Assembly (NCBI GenBank): GCA_036867785.1
Contig: CP145409.1
Span: forward strand, 124,001-188,000
Direction of reading: 5' to 3'
From: Plasmodiophora brassicae
Lineage: Eukaryota
DNA: 64,000 nt
Under the pieces are notes generated by a model that was not told where the DNA came from, made no database searches, and saw nothing but the letters and a program-made list of their open reading frames with translations. Both the position numbers and the translations under genes were made by a program. Shown in pieces: positions 34,096 through 45,867 of the stretch; positions within the stretch are counted from its first letter, which is position 1; each line of letters begins with the position of its first letter.

Positions 34096-34845
34096 AAATG
34101 GATCTGCTGCCGGTCTCCCCAATAACGCAGGGAATGCGTTTCGTTTGTTGGTTGTTCTGCTCCTTGTACATTGCCTGCTGCTGCTGCGGTTTGCACCGGC
34201 TTTTCAGGTCCACCGTTCAATGGCGAGTAGCGATCAACAATCGGCCGGTCAGGTTCGTCGAGCGTGTACAGGGCCATCGGATGACCTCAGTTACCTGTAC
34301 AACTCTGCCGGCGACGGTGAGAGGAAGACGTGCCCCGTACATAGTACTCACTGCGGTATGGTGGTAGGAATGTGGTGAGGCGCTGTTTCAGCTCCATTTC
34401 AAATGTCGCGATAGTGGAACAACTGCTCACAGAACCAACTCTCTCTGCTGGATCAAATGGGAGTGTTTCCGGCGCCCAGTACATGGCCTCCGCACGGGCG
34501 ACCGCTGCTGCCGTGCAAGGCCGCGTTCTGCGACAGGCAGCATTCCTTCAGCAGACGCATCGTCGTCCTGCTTTACGTGACATCGTTGTTCGGCACGCCA
34601 ATGCCATGAACATCAAATTCATTGGCAGTTAGTGTATAGTTCCCCGATCCAATATCACTCTGCTGTATTCCCCATATCCCAGCGGCCTCCCCTATCGGAC
34701 ATCCATCGTTCGTCACGTAGCCGCTTTGTGGATCCGGAGCCCTCGTGCCTCCGGAGCCCATACGTACAGCATGCCAGGGAATGAGCAGGCTGTATCCCGC
34801 CTCACTCTATAGCAGTCCCTCGACGACACGATATCGATAGGTCGC

Positions 34846-36066
34846 GTGACATTTGACTCGCCAATGAATTCATGCAAAGCAGCCAAGGAGGCGCCGTCCT
34901 GCGAACACAGCGTGGCTCGCGATTCGCAAGTCGACGTTGCTGTCATGACTGCAGCACTTCAGCTACCGTTGGAGCAATCCTCACCAATGCTGGAGGCGGC
35001 CAACCTCAGTTTAAAGAATCTGCGAACAAGCAATGCCAACGTCTCCGACGATGTCAACGCCATTCGTAATGCGCTTCAAGCACAGGCACAGGAGCAGGCA
35101 AGGGTGTCTGAATTTCAACCGCAACACGCCGATATCGTGGAGCAACTGGCCGACGCGTCCAGCCAGCTGGAGAACATTTACGACGACTTGAAGTCGCAGA
35201 TCGCATCGCTCGGGATCGGCATCGCCCAGAAAGCGGCAGCCGTCAAGCGGCAGGTGCCGACGCAGAAGGCAACGGACCTGCAGGCGGATCTGCCAACGTC
35301 GCAGGAGGACACGGTCTCGGCGACGTCGTCCGTTGCTCTCGACGCCAAACAAGACCACCAGCTCGTGTATGATCATGTTGGCAGTGTCGACGTAGGCGTT
35401 CAGGCCCTTGCCAAGGTTGAGCAGGACATTAAGGCGTCGATGAAAAACCTGATACGCCTTGTCGACCGCACGCTGAGGGTCATGCGTAATGACGACCTCC
35501 ACGGCGCCAATGCCATGACCGAAAGAGCGTTTAAGTCCATCGTGACCTGCGCGGCGTTCTGCAATGGCTTTGACAAAGTCACCAGCGAGCATCGCGTCGA
35601 GGCGCGTCAGCCCTGGTACGACAACAACTACGCCGACCTGGTCCTGCGGAAGCAGTGCAGCGACGGCGTTTGTGCATACGTTGTCGTCGAATGCAAATAC
35701 GTTCGCGGCGGGTTCATTCGCGTCGTTGAAGGGCTCCAAGTACATCAAAAGCCGCACAAGTTGTGGTCGAAGGAGCGCTTCGCTGAGTACAACAAGCTCG
35801 GTCGCGGCCTCGAGGAAATGCCGGCTCGGCGCCTGCGAACCGTTCAATATCGCAGCGCCGCCACGGAATGTCTCGCGACTGTCGATGACGAGCTCCAGGA
35901 GACGTTCCGGGAGCAACTAAGTCACTACGTCGACGCGGTCGCGCATGGCGACATTGGTCGCCTGCACGGCCACGTCTATGGCATCGTCGTCATGGGCGTC
36001 GCCAATCGCGTCGTCAAATCGCGCCTCATCCAGGCAGCGCCCCAGCAACGTCGCCGAGCCCGCTGA
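34846..36066 (+). CDS. Coiled-coil + PD-(D/E)xK (restriction endonuclease fold) protein; 5' end uncertain
   Basis: C-terminal TERAFK...SEHRV...YADLVL...VVVECKY...QLSHY matches the E..D..ExK..QxxxY nuclease pattern. The N-terminal half is helical and Gln/Ala-rich. Confidence 0.7.
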   Translation: MTFDSPMNSCKAAKEAPSCEHSVARDSQVDVAVMTAALQLPLEQSSPMLEAANLSLKNLRTSNANVSDDVNAIRNALQAQAQEQARVSEFQPQHADIVEQLADASSQLENIYDDLKSQIASLGIGIAQKAAAVKRQVPTQKATDLQADLPTSQEDTVSATSSVALDAKQDHQLVYDHVGSVDVGVQALAKVEQDIKASMKNLIRLVDRTLRVMRNDDLHGANAMTERAFKSIVTCAAFCNGFDKVTSEHRVEARQPWYDNNYADLVLRKQCSDGVCAYVVVECKYVRGGFIRVVEGLQVHQKPHKLWSKERFAEYNKLGRGLEEMPARRLRTVQYRSAATECLATVDDELQETFREQLSHYVDAVAHGDIGRLHGHVYGIVVMGVANRVVKSRLIQAAPQQRRRAR

Positions 36067-36146
36067 ACGCACAAGCGCGACGACGACGTTCGTCGTCATG
36101 GTTACGTACGAAAAGCGTCTATTATCGATAAAGTATTGTTTATCGT

Positions 36147-36252
36147 GCTCCGCTTCTTGCTCGTGATGCTATCAGTCGCGACAACAGGGTTCACTGCGAA
36201 CACACATTCGCCAGACGTTTTCTTCATCGGATGCCGAGAATCCCGTCGCGTC
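36147..36252. repeat. Direct repeat copy 2 (~105 bp)
   Basis: Identical core at 36182-36215; lies right after the stop codon of the minus-strand 7TM gene. Confidence 0.9.
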
Positions 36253-37636
36253 ACGTGGCCACGTTGGGAGGGGCGCCGGTGCCCATGTGCTGCGGAACAA
36301 CGTTGACGACGGGAGTGTCCTGAACCTTTGCTGTAGAAGTTCGGGAAAAGAGGCGGATGGAAATGCAGGATGGTTTCGACTTGAACGCGACAATATGGAA
36401 GAACCCTGTGGCAGAGTTCGTTGCCAGCATTGCCATCCACCCGACCAGGACCCCCCAGATGCTGACCTGGCTGGTAATGATGAAGAGCACCTCGACGACC
36501 AGGGCGCAAGCGCCGACGACGCCCGAAATCGCTGTCCTCCTGGCGAAGCGGCGCGTGCGCGAGATCGACTCTGGGTCCAGTTTCTTGATGGAGGTTGTCA
36601 TTGCTTTCGCGACCCGACCGCCGTACACGATGAATCCGACCACGATCGGGATATGCACGACGAAATAGAATGCTCCGACGCCAGCTGCTGAGCTCAAGAC
36701 CTCATGTTCGTTCACTGCGGACAGAACCGTGACGACTTGGTCGAAAATCAGGAACACGAAAGCGGACATCGCCAGCATGGTCAGCTTGACGCGCTGCGAT
36801 CGTCGTACCTGTTTGTCCCAGTGGTAGCATTCGAACATCGCCACAGCGACCAGGGTCGTGCAAGCAAAGGAAAAGGGAATACTGGAACTGAGAAGATATT
36901 GCTGGACGTCGTAAGACGTCCCCTGACCCCGGTACAGGGCAACATCCGTCAAGTATACGCCGCGAATTAGCGACGCCAGAATCTCGAAGCCAATGGCAAA
37001 CCCAGGCAGCACCGGGATCGGACGCAAGCGCCCGTTCTTGTCAAGCGACATTTGAACGAACTTATACATCCCGACAACGACGTTGACGACGGATACGACG
37101 GAGCCGATGGCGGACACGCCAATGAGGTACGGCGAGTGAACAATAGTGTCCACCTCGTTGTAGTCTCCCGACGTAATTGTTGCCTGGAGTGCTGAAGACG
37201 ATGTGGCCAGGTCCATGAACCGGTCGCTAAGGCTGAGGGCAATCACGACAATGGGAGCAGTAGTAAAGGGTTTGGAATGCACCCAGTACGTGACCGCCAT
37301 CTGGTAATCATTTCCTTGCGACAGACCGTGATGGGAAACGACACCAGCGCAGCCTACACGAGTGCAGGATTGTCCCCACCGATACATGCTTCCACCTAGC
37401 CCGTAATTCACAAGAACTATACGACCTGAGGCCTCCGTGGGCACAGAGTAAGTCGCATGGTCGCCATCCGGGACAACAAATAGACGGGCAGTGACGTTGA
37501 ACGACGGGTTGGCCAGAACGTAGTTTGGCGCGGTACTCGTCCACAGGACGCTTCCGTCGCTATCATTGCGGACGACAATCCATGACGATACGATTGGTAT
37601 CAGCGCAGTCACCAGCACGATGGTAAGAAACATCAT
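36251..37636 (-). CDS. Signal peptide + PA-like ectodomain + about 7 TM receptor-like protein (intronless)
   Basis: Signal MMFLTIVLVTALIPIVSS; GRIVLV...GCAGVV...PIVVI resembles a PA domain; about seven hydrophobic helices follow. Confidence 0.7.
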   Translation of the reverse strand: MMFLTIVLVTALIPIVSSWIVVRNDSDGSVLWTSTAPNYVLANPSFNVTARLFVVPDGDHATYSVPTEASGRIVLVNYGLGGSMYRWGQSCTRVGCAGVVSHHGLSQGNDYQMAVTYWVHSKPFTTAPIVVIALSLSDRFMDLATSSSALQATITSGDYNEVDTIVHSPYLIGVSAIGSVVSVVNVVVGMYKFVQMSLDKNGRLRPIPVLPGFAIGFEILASLIRGVYLTDVALYRGQGTSYDVQQYLLSSSIPFSFACTTLVAVAMFECYHWDKQVRRSQRVKLTMLAMSAFVFLIFDQVVTVLSAVNEHEVLSSAAGVGAFYFVVHIPIVVGFIVYGGRVAKAMTTSIKKLDPESISRTRRFARRTAISGVVGACALVVEVLFIITSQVSIWGVLVGWMAMLATNSATGFFHIVAFKSKPSCISIRLFSRTSTAKVQDTPVVNVVPQHMGTGAPPNVAT

Positions 37637-37885
37637 GTCCCGTACAACGCTCCACACACGATAGACACAATCGAAAGGCGTACCCAGCAGTCGGTAGCGA
37701 GTCCAATCATGTTATGCACCGGGGCAGATATTTCAACGGACAAACAGCAGCAGGGTAGAGGTTTGCACTGAGACAGGGACAGAGGATAGGGGAGCCTCCG
37801 GACCATGGCGTCTGCGCAAACTATCTTCGGAGTCCGTACGGAGTCCGCCAGCTGCCGTAGCTGCAGTCTGTCTCTGCTCAAGACC

Positions 37886-39450
37886 ATGGCTGGATCGAAG
37901 CGGGCAGAGAATGTGGAGCCGTCGTTCGACGAGTTCAGCATCAAGCCGGAGAGTGCGTCCGCGTCTGTAGACACGTCGGCATGGCCGCTCCTGTTGAAGA
38001 ACTACGACCAGCTCAATGTTCGGACGGGACACTACACGCCGATCCCGCAGGGATTCACGCCGCTGAAGCGCCCAATCGATGAGTACAAGCGTTACGGCAT
38101 CATCAACCTTGACAAGCCGTCCAACCCGTCGTCCCATGAGGTCGTCGCGTGGATGCGACGCATCCTCAAGGTTGACAAGACTGGCCACTCTGGAACCCTG
38201 GATCCGAAGGTACCCGCGCGTTCCAGGCTGCGTTGCATTTCAAATCAAATTGAAGTCCTGCTGAATCCTAGGTCACGGGCAACCTTATCGTATGCATTGA
38301 CCGAGCAACGCGTCTGGTGAAATCTCAGCAGTCTGCCGGTAAGGAGTACGTCTGCGTCATTCGCCTGCACGGTGCCCTTGAAGATGGCCACGCCAAGCTC
38401 AGCAAGGCTCTGGAGACGCTGACGGGCGCCCTGTTCCAGCGTCCTCCGCTCATCTCTGCCGTCAAACGCCAGCTTCGTATTCGTACGATCTACGAAAGCA
38501 AATTGATCGAGTACGACCAGGAGCGGAACCTCGGCGTGTTCTGGGTCAGCTGCCAGGCTGGAACCTACATCCGGACGCTGTGCGTCCACCTGGGTCTTCT
38601 GCTTGGTGTCGGGGGCCACATGCAGGAGCTGAGGCGTGTACGATCGGGTGCCCTTGGCGAGGGTGACAATATGGTGACGATGCACGACGTTCTGGATGCC
38701 CAGTGGCTCTACGACACGACTGGTGACGAGACGTACCTTCGTCGTGTGATTGCGCCGCTCGAGAGCTTGTTGGTGAACTACAAGCGAATCATTGTGAAGG
38801 ATTCCGCCGTCAACGCCATCTGCTACGGTGCCAAGATGATGATTCCTGGTCTGCTGCGGTTCTCGAACGACATCGAGGTCGGTGATGAGGTTGTTCTCGT
38901 GACGACCAAGGGCGAGGCGATCGCGCTTGCGTACGCGCAGATGACAACGGCGCAGATGGCAACCTGTGACCACGGTGTCGTCGCCAAGATCAAGCGTGTT
39001 GTCATGGAACGCGACACGTACCCGCGACGCTGGGGGTTGGGCCCGGTTGCGCTCCAGAAGAAGAACATGATTGCGAACGGGACGCTTGACAAGTACGGCC
39101 GCCCGAATGAGCAGACACCAAAGGAGTGGAAGGACGGGTACCAGCCCGTTGTCACCGTTACGCCTTCTAAGGCTGCTGCCGCTGCTGCCGTAGAGGCACC
39201 TGAGGCAGCGAAAGGGGCTAGCGCTTCCCCTGACGATGTTGCTGCAGGCAAGGTCGAGAAGGAGAAAAAGAAGAAGGAAAAGAAGGCGAAGTCCTCCGAC
39301 GAGTCAGCAGCGAGGAAGTCGAAGACCGATGGCGGCGATGCTGAGGTGAAGGCCAAGAAGGAGAAGAAGGACAAGAAGGCGAAGAGGGCCGCCGAAGAAT
39401 CAGGCGATGGCGAGGCGCCCAAGAAGAAAAAGAAGAAACATGCTGAATGA
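37886..39450 (+). CDS. DKC1: H/ACA RNP pseudouridine synthase dyskerin/Cbf5 (2 exons)
   Basis: [46 protein letters not shown] domain, [12 protein letters not shown] and a Lys-rich tail. Confidence 0.97.
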
Positions 39451-39525
39451 GTTCCAGTTCCCGAATTTCTATACATCAGACCATGACGAATACTCTCATT
39501 TCCTAGACCCTTGAAATATGCATAT

Positions 39526-40545
39526 TTACTGGGATTTGGGTTGGAGGGCATCGTAATGCCCAGGCCTGTACAGGACGAAGGCAATAGGCGTTTTCGTGCT
39601 ATCTTCGGGAAACGTAACATGCGAAATCGGACCGGGATTGTGGTCCAGATACTCGATCTGGACGCCGACACCCAGGCACGATGCCAGCGCCAGGCAATGC
39701 AGATGATCGGCCTCCTGAGCAGGAATGAGAACTCCATTAGGTAGGTAGGACCACGTATCTCAATACCTTGCCCATCGGCTCAACTTCAGCTTTGACGAAC
39801 TTCTCGATCGAGGGGTAATCTTGAATATACGGCTGGAACTGGTCGGCATTCGTTTGCAGATACCACGACGTCAGCAGTCGTGCGTACATGACCAGGTAAT
39901 CGCTAACGCTCTGATCCGCAAATGTCTCTTCCACTTGCGAAGGTGTCGGTCGGCTATCTTTCAAGTTCTGCCACAGCACGTTCGCGTTAGCACACCCACC
40001 GTGAACACCAAAGGCAACCCGTACATGCAGCTGGCTACGAAACTCGTCCCAAAAGTCCTCGACGGCGAAATCAGGAAACCCGGCTTCAATAAGTTCAGCC
40101 TTTGACGATTCAATCCTTGCAATCAGGTTGTCGAGAACTGTTGCGAACTTGTCCTGATCGCCGGCGATTCTGGTAAACACAGCGAGCAGGTACGATCGGA
40201 AGAAGCAATTGCCATCGCCTCGAACTCGGCGAATTCCATCGTATCGGTCATCTAGCTCCTGTTAATGACCTATTAGAGCGCGAAAGGGAGATGACGAAGG
40301 GTGCGATGTTACGTTAATCTTGCTGATGACGTTATTGCGTGTCTCACGAGTCAGCAGGTCCCGTATCGGGGCGAGAGGTGACACGAGTGGGTGCTCTTCG
40401 GCGATTTTCGCCCTAATATCGTCGTGCTGACCGAAGCCTCAACCCAGGATATGCATGAACGATGCCAGTCCCAACGGACCTGCCGAATGATCGCCTCGTC
40501 GGTGGGCTCGCCGGCCTCACGGCCATCAGCCCCCACGATCTGCAT
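39526..40545 (-). CDS. OTUB1: Otubain deubiquitinase (peptidase C65; multi-exon)
   Basis: IRRVRGDGNCFFRS, SDYLVMYARLLTS, EVEPMGK|EADHL and LYRPGHYD. Confidence 0.92.
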
Positions 40546-41923
40546 CGGCCCGTGTGCAGAACGACTCGGGAGACACCACGACAGAATGCGCTCCACGGTG
40601 CTCGGTTCGCGCGCAATCGAACCCCCCGGTTCAGGTCGTTGCGCCTCAGCCGCGTACCCGACCTGACGAAGGTCGTGCACCACCCAAACCCGTTGCCCAA
40701 TATAATTATTATTGCCCGCTGAAAACGCCACTCGCCAATGCCAATGATTCCAATCCAACCAACGATCCAAAACGGTATCGGGGTCGATGGCCAACGGCGT
40801 CGAGCCGATTTTCCGTCGCTGTACGACGCGATGCCCGGTTAAGTTTGATGTGATTGAAACCGGTTACGGCGGCTCTTATGGGGATGCTTTGCCACTTCCG
40901 AAGTTGCTCGACGCCATCGGCTAGGCGAGACGACCCTGCGTTCTTGTCGTTCGAAATGAGACCGGCCAGCGACAAGTAGCTACCAAAGAAGGCGATCGAA
41001 TGTTGAACCTCGTCTGCGCTGTTACAGAGCCAGAAGTCCTACATACGTATCGAGATGTGACTGCTCGGGCGAAAGTGCCTGTACTGGTACTAAACTTCAC
41101 TTCGCTGCCCGCTCGCAATGTGGTGGGTGAGCAAGGCTACATGCCTCGTGGCTAAGGAGTAGACGAGATACTGACAGTGGCCAACCCCTGCACAGCCCCA
41201 GTCACGTTATTATACCAACCCTAACGCCGACGTCGTCCTGATGGATACGACCTCAAGCAGTTCTCGAGCAAGCACGTCGGCACGCCGGCCGTGCTAGCCC
41301 ATTGCGTGCATCAGAACACGAACGGTGGTATTGCCATCAAAGGCCGCGGATTTCATTTGCTTCCGACTCGAGCCTACCTTGGCTGAATGTGACGGAGTCG
41401 GTCAGAGAGGCAGCGCGTGGCGACGACGAGAATGTGGCCGACACGCCGCGGCCTGCAGGATTGATATTGGTGCAAGATCCTTCGTTTCGGAAATATCCAA
41501 CAACTGGACCGCCACTACATCGCTGGACGTACTGGTGGCAGGTACGCCTTCTTTCTTCGGGTACACATCAGAATACTCTCGCCTTGTGAGCTAGAGCACC
41601 CGCTTCCATGCGCCGCACACCAGACATTTACGGTAACTGCTACGCAACCGCATTTGGTGACGGACGCGGTGCTGGTCATCAATTCACGCACTCACCTGCG
41701 ATAACATGTAGGACATGCACGCGAACGACAGTCTCTGGTGGCCGCCGGGCCGGATGTCGCTCAATCTGCACCATCTAAAAATAGCCACAGGACATGCGCT
41801 AGCCTATTTTGGGGAGTCCGCGTGTGCGCACTCCGGCCGCGGCGGGGAGGGGTCCCTGTAAAAACGTCTTCCACAGTTTGGGACGAGGAGGATCATTCTT
41901 CGTCGTCGGTCAGAGGCAACAGG

Positions 41924-42284
41924 ATGGCATCACTGTTTATGCAACTGATGATGTACCTGCCGATGCTGGTGATTGCAACCTCGTACGTAGGCTGAGCGCC
42001 GCTGCTCCATCCACCTCCCGTAAATGGCCTGCCGTATGTATGTAGGGCTGTTGATGCGGCCGATGTGGCTCCACTGAAATGGACACAGAAGGTTCGTGTC
42101 GAGGAATACAAGGTAGGGACGACGTGTAGAATCTACAGGGAGTGTTCTGTTGATGGAATGGGCGTGCTAGCGATTCGAACCACATATGTGGATCATGATT
42201 GGCGTACCTGTCGCCATCGTCACCGCTTTGTTCACGATGTGTTGCTCGTGCCGCTGCTGCTGTCGTGTCAAGAATTCCAACTGA
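41924..42284 (+). CDS. 79-aa type I membrane microprotein with Cys-rich tail, copy A (3 exons)
   Basis: Splicing 41983-42045 and 42113-42170 gives MASLFMQLMMYLPMLVIATSAVDAADVAPLKWTQKVRVEEYKRFEPHMWIMIGVPVAIVTALFTMCCSCRCCCRVKNSN. Confidence 0.75.
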
Positions 42285-43043
42285 GATTGTCAATGCAGAC
42301 CGATGATCCAAATGATAAACCGTTAGACATCGTGTTGAACGCCTCAAAGTACATCCCGCAACAGCATTTCTGCATGCTCCCGGCTGTGCCTGTCTCCTGA
42401 TATCGTCTACGAGGGAAACCCGGCATCTGGTTTCACTCTGTCTGCGATGTCCTCAACGACTTCGTGAGACTCATTACACTAAGTGTACGGTTAGACAGTT
42501 CGCCAAACAGCTGTCTAAAACGGTCTACATATATATGCGGCAGCATTGCCGGTATCGTTTGGGTGGATTTGCCTTAGTCAAGGACGCCTGGCTAAATCCA
42601 CAAGTAGAGCACGGCCTCCGCCCACAGTCAGACACGTCCACCGCCTCTGCGGACAATACACCAACTTGCTATTGTGTGTGCCTTCATTGCCCTGCAGGAA
42701 ATCCAAATTTCACAGCAGCGAATAACCTGCAGAAGAACACGCCCCGATTAATACAGTCGTTTTCAATAGACCCGTCAGCGCCTGCCCTAGTTGATATAGC
42801 AACTACAGGCGGAGCCGGTAATTATAAATAGGCTCCGGGGACCAGAGGGCAGAAGTTGTCCGGTGTGCTGGCCAACATTGCCAATTTGCAACCGTTCGGC
42901 ATGATCGCATGCGGCATGCATTTCTATTTGTGGGTGGGAGGTAAATACTGCGTACGCCGTGGCGGCCCACCCGCCAAGGACCGGAAATATATCCGGCTAA
43001 TTTGGGACCCAGTTTTCGCGTTGTGGTCGGTCGGATGCACCGA

Positions 43044-43400
43044 ATGGCGTCAACGTCGGTGCTACTGCTGGTGTCCCTGGCGATGTTGGCGATTGCTAGC
43101 TGGTAGGCCGAGCGCAACTCCTTGCTCCATTGTGCTTGAGTCCCAACTCTTACCTGCTGTCTGTAGCACCGCTGATGCGGCCGACGTGGCTTCTTTGAAA
43201 TGGACAGGCAAGATTCGCTTCGAGGAATACAAAGTAGGTTGGGAGCGGGGTTGGCGTACGAAGTGCTCATTAATAATATGTGCCAGCGATTCGAGCCGCA
43301 CATGTGGATCATGATTGGCGTACCTGTCGCGATCATCACCGCCATGCTCACGATGTTCTGCCGGTTCCGTTGCTGCTGCCGCCTCAAGAAGTCCAGATGA
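43044..43400 (+). CDS. 79-aa type I membrane microprotein with Cys-rich tail, copy B (3 exons)
   Basis: Same intron positions and phases; MASTSVLLLVSLAMLAIASCTADAADVASLKWTGKIRFEEYKRFEPHMWIMIGVPVAIITAMLTMFCRFRCCCRLKKSR. Confidence 0.75.
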
Positions 43401-43503
43401 AGTATGCAGTGTACTTCAGATGATCCCAAATGATAAAGCGTTGGCCGCCGGTTCGGCATTTCAGCGCCCGGCTGCGTTCGTCCAGTGCAAACGTCGGTCG
43501 CGT

Positions 43504-45270
43504 TTATTGTTCCATAGCGATGAACCTGGCAAACTTCTTCGAGTGCTTGAAACGGTTGAATGAATCGTTTTCCATTAACTTGAAGATTTCTGTGCAGTCG
43601 GCCAGTGTTAGACATGGACGGCGCGTCCTACGTATCACTCTGCGTTACCTCGTTGCAATTCTCGCAGCGCTGCTACTTTGCTCGAATCGACACCGTCATC
43701 TTCGAAGATGTCAATGTCCTCTCCCGGCACCACTGATATCTTCTGTGGCGTCCGGCGGCTCCTATCAAGGAATCCTGCCAGGCGTACCTGCGCCAGGGAT
43801 CCAGTCAGCAATTAGACTCGCGTCATTCCCGCTTGCATTGATTTCACTTTGGTACTGTGCGCGATGTTAACCTGTTAACGACGTCTAATTAGGGTCATGG
43901 TCCTAACAGGTCGCTCATGCGGATTGTACCTCGTTCGGGCTTCCCGGGGCAATGTACAGGTCGTAGATGTCCTTGAACTTCTGATCGAATTCGTCCATGG
44001 TGACCACACGTTTCTGGCAGTCTTTGATGACCGCCGTGACGGCGCTCCAGCAAAGCAGGTTCTCAACCTGGTTCATAGGGCAACCTGATCACGAGAGCGT
44101 TTATGGCCTGACGGGCTACCGGGGGCCTACAGAGAATTCGGTTCGCAGGAACTCCTTGAAGCGCTCGTACCCGATTGGATGCGTCAGGACGGCCTTCAGC
44201 GGCGCTTCAACGGCCAGACGAGGCTGCGTCGCTGTGCTCGTCGTCGTCGTGACAGATGTCAGTTTGTCGTCCAGTGCCGTCGCACTCTCAGTATCCTGCA
44301 TCTGATGGTATTTGTAAGTCAGGTACGTCGGGTACACTGCCTGTGGCGTCAGCATGATGACTAGGGTACTCGACTTGCGAGCATACACGTGCTGATGGCA
44401 TTCCAGGACATGCCCGCGAAGAGAATGACAAACTGGAAGTACTTGTACGGGTTCACCACGGCACTGAACGAAGTAAAGGCGAGGTCTGGGGCGACGAGCA
44501 GGAACCCGACGATCAGCATGACGAGCAGGGCCTTGAACTCGGCCATGACCTTGAAGGCGTCTCGTGTTGCGCGTAACGAGTAGGCCAGGTAGGCGATAGT
44601 CGAGATCCAGACGGCCAGGTAGATCGGATCGCGAATGTTACTCGGCTCGTAGCAGTTGATCGGCATCAGCATCGACATGCGTATCGTCGTCAGGACGACA
44701 GTGGTCAGCGCGATCCCGACCCAGATGGTCCGCGACGAGTACATCCAGGAATGCCTCAGGATGTAGTGGTCAAATTGCCCCTAGGAGGGCCGACCTGTTA
44801 ATCCCAAGTCGTCGTCCCAGCAACGCGTACACATACCGCCACTCTCGCCGACGTCGCCATGCTCAGAGCCAGCAGTTTCCATAAACGCCCAATCAGGGCG
44901 GGCATCGAAATGATCCATGGAATCGCTAAACGGCCATGTCAGGGCTGATGCCAGTGCGTATCAGCGATTTCCTGCCCATACTAATCATATTGTTGGTGAA
45001 GCAGTCCAGCGTGACCAGCGTGCTGACGACGTTGCCCTGGACGAACCCGAAGAACGACAAGTCGGTGACGGTCTACATGGGCATGGGTCAGCGAGGCGCG
45101 TCAGAGCGCTTGCAGGTCGGTTAGGCACGGACGAGAAGAATCGCATCGCGGAACTTGAGCGGTTGCAGGTTACGTCGTCGAATCACCATGATGATGGAAA
45201 TAAGTTCCTGCACCGCGTACAGGCCCATGAAGACCTTGACGGCAGTTGCTGCCGCCTCATCGGTCGCCAT
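43504..45270 (-). CDS. 7TM-RGS protein, copy 1 (multi-exon)
   Basis: TM helices, then LKAVLTHPIGYERFKEFLRTEFS|VENLLCW, IYDLYIAPGSPNE and LMENDSFNRFK (RGS domain). Confidence 0.88.
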
Positions 45271-45867
45271 CAGCGCGTATTGCCTCCAGCCGACTGCCGA
45301 GGTCGCACAGTACACCCATCCAGCATATCGGTCCGGTACGGCCATCGATCCGAGGAGCGATCATTAATCGCGTGGATGCACCGCTTGGGTACCCTATGAG
45401 CTGGTCACCGTCCAACCTGTAGGCGGTGATCCAATTCCGGACCATCGGGTCATCGGATCGCAAACGTTTCCTGGCCCATTGCGATTCTCCAGCATCAACA
45501 GTGCCACGCGTATCGTGGCAGGCACGCCTGGGGTTCGAAACGATGCCAGTCCACATGGCACGTAACGAGTGCTTGCAGGTTTCATCGGGCCAATGACCTT
45601 TGCGATGGAGAGCGAGCTCATGTACGGTGTACGCCCCCATGAAGACCTGAGCAGCGCGTCGACGCCGTCGTAACGGGGCTCATTTGGACTGGCCCAAGTC
45701 TCTCGCAAAATCGAAGCACACTGAAGCACACGTCCAGAACGTACAATCGGCGATCGATCACCACGGAAACAGTTTTACTACATCACAGATGTGACCTGAC
45801 CAGCAACGAGTCGGTCTCGCGTTGCTGTGGCTTGTGCCTCTGTCATCCCGCAGCAGTGATGCCGCGT

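Noticed and set aside
33991-36252. LTR retrotransposon or DNA transposon call for the repeat-flanked segment
   Set aside because: No TG...CA ends, terminal inverted repeats, RT, integrase or DDE motifs seen. Kept only as a repeat-flanked cassette finding.
38823-39737. 304-aa minus-strand ORF with Phe-rich hydrophobic runs
   Set aside because: Antisense of the Lys-rich dyskerin tail.
40700-41700. Possible fragmented plus-strand gene between otubain and the microprotein pair
   Set aside because: Some exon-like stretches, but no consistent spliced frame or motif could be built.
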